Shown piece by piece: positions 59,680-64,000 of a stretch of 64,000 bases of DNA. Position 1 is the first letter of the stretch; each line of letters opens with the position of its first letter. Source of the DNA: Malacoraja senta (lineage: Eukaryota); NCBI GenBank assembly GCA_038087875.1, contig JAXLNO010000147.1, positions 1-64,000 on the forward strand, written 5' to 3'. Under the pieces are notes generated by a model. The model saw only the letters and a program-made list of their open reading frames with translations, ran no database searches and was not told the DNA's origin. Position numbers and translations under genes: made by a program.

Positions 59680-62600
59680 ACCGCCATTCATTGTGATCAT
59701 GGCTAATCGTCCCCTATCAATAACCCATGCCTGCCTTCTCCCCATATCCCTTGACTCCACTAGCCCCTAGAGCTTTATCTAACTCTCTTAAACCCATCCA
59801 GTGATTTGGCCTCCACTGCCCTCTGTGGCAGGGAATTCCACAAATTCACAACTCTCTGGGAGAAAAAGTTTTTTCTCACCTCAGTCTTAAATGACCTCCC
59901 CTTTATTCTAAGACTGTGGCCCCTGGTTCTGGACTCACCCAACATTGGGAACATTTTTTCTGCATCTAGCTTGTCCAGTCCATTTATAATGTTATATGTT
60001 TCTATAAGACACCCCTCATCCTTCTAAACTCCAGTGAATACAAGCCTAGTATTTTCCAATCTTTCTTCATATGACAGTCCCACCATCCTAGGGATCAATC
60101 TCGTGAACCTAAGCTGCACTGCCTCAATCAAAAGGATGTCCTTCCTCAAATTAGGAGACCAAAACTGTACATTATACTCCAGATGTGGTCTCACCAGAGC
60201 CCTATACAACTGCAGAAGAACCTCTCTACTCCTTTACTGAAATCCTCTTGCTATGAAGGCCAACATTCCATTAGCTTTCGTCACTGCCTGCTGTACCTGC
60301 ACGCCAACTTTCAGTGACTGGTGTACAAGGACACCCAGGTCTCGCTGTACCTCCCCCTTACCTAACCTAACCCCGTTGAGATAATAATCTGCCCCCTTGT
60401 TTTTGCCGCCAAATTCGCTAACCTCATATTTATCTATATTATACTGCATCTGCCAGGCATCTGCCCACTCACTAAACCTGTCCAGGTCACCCTGCAACCT
60501 CTTAACATCCTCTTCACAGTTAACACTGCCACCCAGCTTTGTGTCATCTGCAAACTTGCTAGTGTTGCTCCTAATTCCCTCTTCCAAATCATTAATATAT
60601 ATGGTAAATAGTTGCGGCCCCAACACCGAGCCTTGCGGCACTCCACTCGCCACAGCCTGCCATTCTGAAAAGGACCCGTTCACTCCTACTCTTGGCTTCC
60701 TGCCTGCCAACCAATTCTCTATCCATGTCAAGAAAATTGGTTATTTCTAGAACCCGTGGCAAATATTCTCCATTGACGTAGTGAAGTCCAATATTATCTA
60801 TTTTTTAAACGTTATCCAAACTCTTTTTATATTCATTGAAAATGTATTTACTTAGCACTAAATTTCCACTCTCCTGTTATTTAATTCCCCTAATTAGGAA
60901 ATTATAGGCGTTTATTTAAAAAATGTCTCCAGAAGCAAGAGACCATGACAAAAAGGACATAGTTGCGGCCCCAACACCGAGCCTTGCGGCACTCCACTCG
61001 CCACTGCCTGCCATTCTGAAAAGGACCCGTTCACTCCTACTCTTTGCTTCCGATCTGCCAACCAATTTTCTATCCATGTCAACACCCTACCCCCAATACC
61101 ATGTGCTCTAATTTTAGTCACCAGTCTCCCATGCGGGACATCATCAAAGGCTTTCTGAAAGTCTAGATACACTACATCCACTGGCACCCCTTCATCCATT
61201 TTACTTGTCACATCCTCAAAAAATTCCAGAAGATTAGTCAAGCATGATTTCCCTTTCATAAATCCATGTTGACTTGGACTAATCCTTTTACTGCTATCCA
61301 AATGCCCCATTATTACCTCTTTAATAATTGACTCCAGCATCTTTCCCACCACCAAAGTCAGGCTAACTGGTCTGTAATTCCCCGTTTTCTTGCTCGCTCC
61401 TTTCTTGAAAAGTGGGATAACATTAGCTATCCTCCAATCCACAGGAACTGATCCTGAATCTATTGAACATTGGAAAATAATCACCAATGCATTCACTATT
61501 TCTAGAGACACCTCCCTGAGGACCCTGGAATGCAGACCATCAGGCCCAGGGGATTTATCATCCTTCAGTCCCATTAGTCTAAATACTATTTCTCGCCTAA
61601 TGAACATTTCTTTCAGTTCCTCTACCCCCTTAGATCCTCTGTCCTACAGTACATCTGGGAGATTGTTTGTGTCTTCCTTAGTGAAGACAGATCCGAAGTA
61701 CCTATTCAACTCTTCTGCCATTTCCTTGTTGCCCATAATAATTTCACCCGTCTGCCTTCAAGGGACCCACATTTGACTTTGCTACTCTTTTTCCCTTAAC
61801 ATATCGAAAGAAGCTTTTACTGTCCTTCTTTATATTCCTGGCCAGCATCCCTTCGTACTTCATCTTTTCAGCCCGTATTGTCCGTTTTGTTTCCTTCTGT
61901 TGTCCTATGAAAGTTTCCCAATCCTCTGGCTTCCGGCTACTCTTTGCTGTGTTATACATCTTTTCTTTTAGTTTTATTCTATCCCTAACTTCTCTTGTCT
62001 GCCACGGTTGCCTCCTACTCCCCTTAGAATCTTTCTTCCTTTTTGGAATGAAATGATCCTGTGTCTTCCGGATTATGCCCAGAAATTCCTGCCATTGCTG
62101 TTCCACCGTCATTCCTGCTAGGATTCCTTTCCAGTCTACCTTGGCCAGCTCCCCTCTCATGCCTTCATAGTCCTCTTTGTTCAACTGCATCACTGCCACT
62201 TCCGATTTTACGTTCTCCTTCTCAAATTGCAGATTAAAACTAATCATATTATGATCACTACCTCCAAACGGTTCCTTTACCTCGAGTTCAATTATCATAT
62301 CTGGTTCATTGGACAACACTAAATCCAGAATTACCTTTTCTCTGGTCGGCTCCATTACAAGCTGCTCATTCTCCTGCTTTCTCCCCATAACCCCTGACAC
62401 CTCTACCAATCAACAGTCCATCTATCTCTGCCATAAAAATATCCATTGACTTGGCCTCCACAGCCTTCTGTGGCAAAGAATTCCACCGATTCACCACCCT
62501 CTGATTAAATAAATTCCTCCTCCTCTCCTTCCAAAAGTAACGTCCTTTAATTCTGAGGCTGTGACACTCTCCCACTAGTGGAAACATCCTCTCCACATCC

Positions 62601-62780
62601 ACTTTGTCCATGACTTTCACTATTCGGTACGTTTCAATGAGGTCCCCCCTCATTCTTCTAAACTCTAGCGAGTACAGGCCTGGTGCTATCAAACGTGCAT
62701 CATATGTTAACCAGTATGGGTTAAGCGTATGGTATGCTTCTCTTCTGTGCTATGGGGCATTGACTATAAGAGTCAGCAAG

Positions 62781-63914
62781 TCATGATGCAGCGTCGTCAG
62801 TGTAATTAATAAACCTCTGTTGATTATAATAAATGTAGTTAATCCATTCCGTGTTTTTAGCAGGCGTAATCCAGAAAAGTATTGACTCCGGACCTGCAGT
62901 AATCTCATTCCTGGCTTTAAATTCATTAGGGATTCCTCTCGGTTGTCCTATTGCATCCAGATGAACCCCGTCAGGTAACAAATCAAATGCTCTTTTCCTA
63001 CGGGTCTGTTTGCACATATCTGTTGGACTTATCACAAGGACAGGTTGTGCCAACATCACCCTGGCACACAATCCAGTCCAATGTAGCGGCAGTGTGTTTC
63101 TAGGCTTACCTCTGCACATTCCAAACCTATCAGCTACAGCCACATCTGCTGTCAAAATAGCCTTGCACTGTGGTAGTATAACAGCAACATCTACTTTGGG
63201 CACATCTTCAGCCACTTGGTATGGGTCCTGTTGATTACACACCCACACCCTGTTACAACAGCCGGGAAAAGTTCCTACCGGGTGTGTGCCATTTGCTGCA
63301 AGGTAGCATTCATACTGTGCTGTAGATGTAATCCCAACCTCTGGTGGTGGCTCTGGGTAGGGTTTTCTTACCTCTGTGAAGTTCCATAGAGAACAGTGTT
63401 CTTTCGCAAGTGTCACTTGTGTCGATCCTGCTGCATTTAAACACTCTATTGGGCAATTAGACATGTCTCCCCAGCGTGTCACACTTCGCAAGAAATCCGC
63501 ACAATATGTATAGTTGTGAGGTTCTGGTATAGCCAATATTCTCCCATTTGCTTTGGCACATATTATACATTGTGGCAACTTCAAAGTTTGTGCTGTGTAT
63601 TGCGCCCACTTGTACCACTCGCTTGTGGAAGCGCTACGCCAGACGGCTGAGCTAGTATCATTTTGGACCTTTGCCTCCCTTCGGTTACATACCAGCTTTC
63701 CCAACTCGTGTGAAGCAGTGGTGTTATCCTTCCAAGCCCAAGTCGGCAAGGTTGATGGTTGTGAAGCCTGAGTAGGGATTATCCGTGGCAGGTTCCCCTG
63801 GCCCTCCTTCGCCCATATAGCTAGTAGAAGGATGATGCCTATCAGGAGAAGGGCACTCACCCACACACGCATCCTCACTAGTGTCGGAACTCCCACTTTC
63901 TCCGAATACGTCAT
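62781..63914 (-). CDS. env: Endogenous retrovirus envelope (gamma-type SU plus start of TM), truncated before the membrane anchor
   Basis: Signal peptide ALLLIGIILLLAIW, CIIC (CXXC), Cys-rich SU, furin site RRKR (~62991-63002), DAIGQPRGIPNEFKARNEI, WINYIYYNQQRFINYT; 377 codons with no internal stop. Confidence 0.9.
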   Translation of the reverse strand: MTYSEKVGVPTLVRMRVWVSALLLIGIILLLAIWAKEGQGNLPRIIPTQASQPSTLPTWAWKDNTTASHELGKLVCNRREAKVQNDTSSAVWRSASTSEWYKWAQYTAQTLKLPQCIICAKANGRILAIPEPHNYTYCADFLRSVTRWGDMSNCPIECLNAAGSTQVTLAKEHCSLWNFTEVRKPYPEPPPEVGITSTAQYECYLAANGTHPVGTFPGCCNRVWVCNQQDPYQVAEDVPKVDVAVILPQCKAILTADVAVADRFGMCRGKPRNTLPLHWTGLCARVMLAQPVLVISPTDMCKQTRRKRAFDLLPDGVHLDAIGQPRGIPNEFKARNEITAGPESILFWITPAKNTEWINYIYYNQQRFINYTDDAAS

Positions 63915-64000
63915 TTATTACCTGGTCAATGCCCTGTTCTTCCCCGGTGTCCTCGTCCTCTTGTTCACTTACCTCGGGGTTATCCCTGGGCTGTTGTGGT

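Larger units (their letters stand above)
57696..62365 (-). mobile_element. CR1/HER1 LINE split by L2, nested in an older CR1 (57600-57695 and 62366-62710)
   Basis: ORFs 60024..60209, 60234..60731, 60912..61607, 61744..62409; tail at ~57700; the older copy rejoins at catt. Confidence 0.9.

Overview
Eukaryotic, almost entirely transposon-derived DNA. HER1/CR1 LINEs with (TTTCTATG)n tails, HE1-type tRNA SINEs and Penelope-derived short repeats point to a cartilaginous fish, probably a skate or ray (inference). No intact multi-exon host gene is recognisable. The window is a deep nest of insertions whose order can be read from target-site duplications (TSDs). (1) A Gypsy LTR relic is split by a 5.2-kb P-element-like transposon with an intron-split THAP domain, which carries a Tc1 that itself carries a SINE. 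(2) Two Tx1-clade LINEs inserted in tandem at the same ~14-bp site inside a CR1 ORF1 relic. (3) A structurally complete DIRS element (ITRs, ICR, gag, RT-RH-MT, tyrosine recombinase) sits inside a CR1 and was itself hit by a Harbinger MITE and an L1. (4) A 4.8-kb hAT-like element with a 6-bp TSD encloses a CpG island with an RFX X-box. (5) A Helitron has an empty-site paralog nearby. (6) Twin insertions of one TIR family lie ~40 bp apart. Also present: Penelope copies and fold-backs with minimal hammerhead cores, short inverted locally templated insertions, a CpG promoter (YY1/E-box/ETS), a MULE/ZSWIM3-like exon, an INF2-like WH2 exon relic, a young L2, and an uninterrupted endogenous retroviral env ORF truncated before its transmembrane anchor. 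All family assignments come from visual motif recognition, not database searches, and boundaries without a TSD are approximate.
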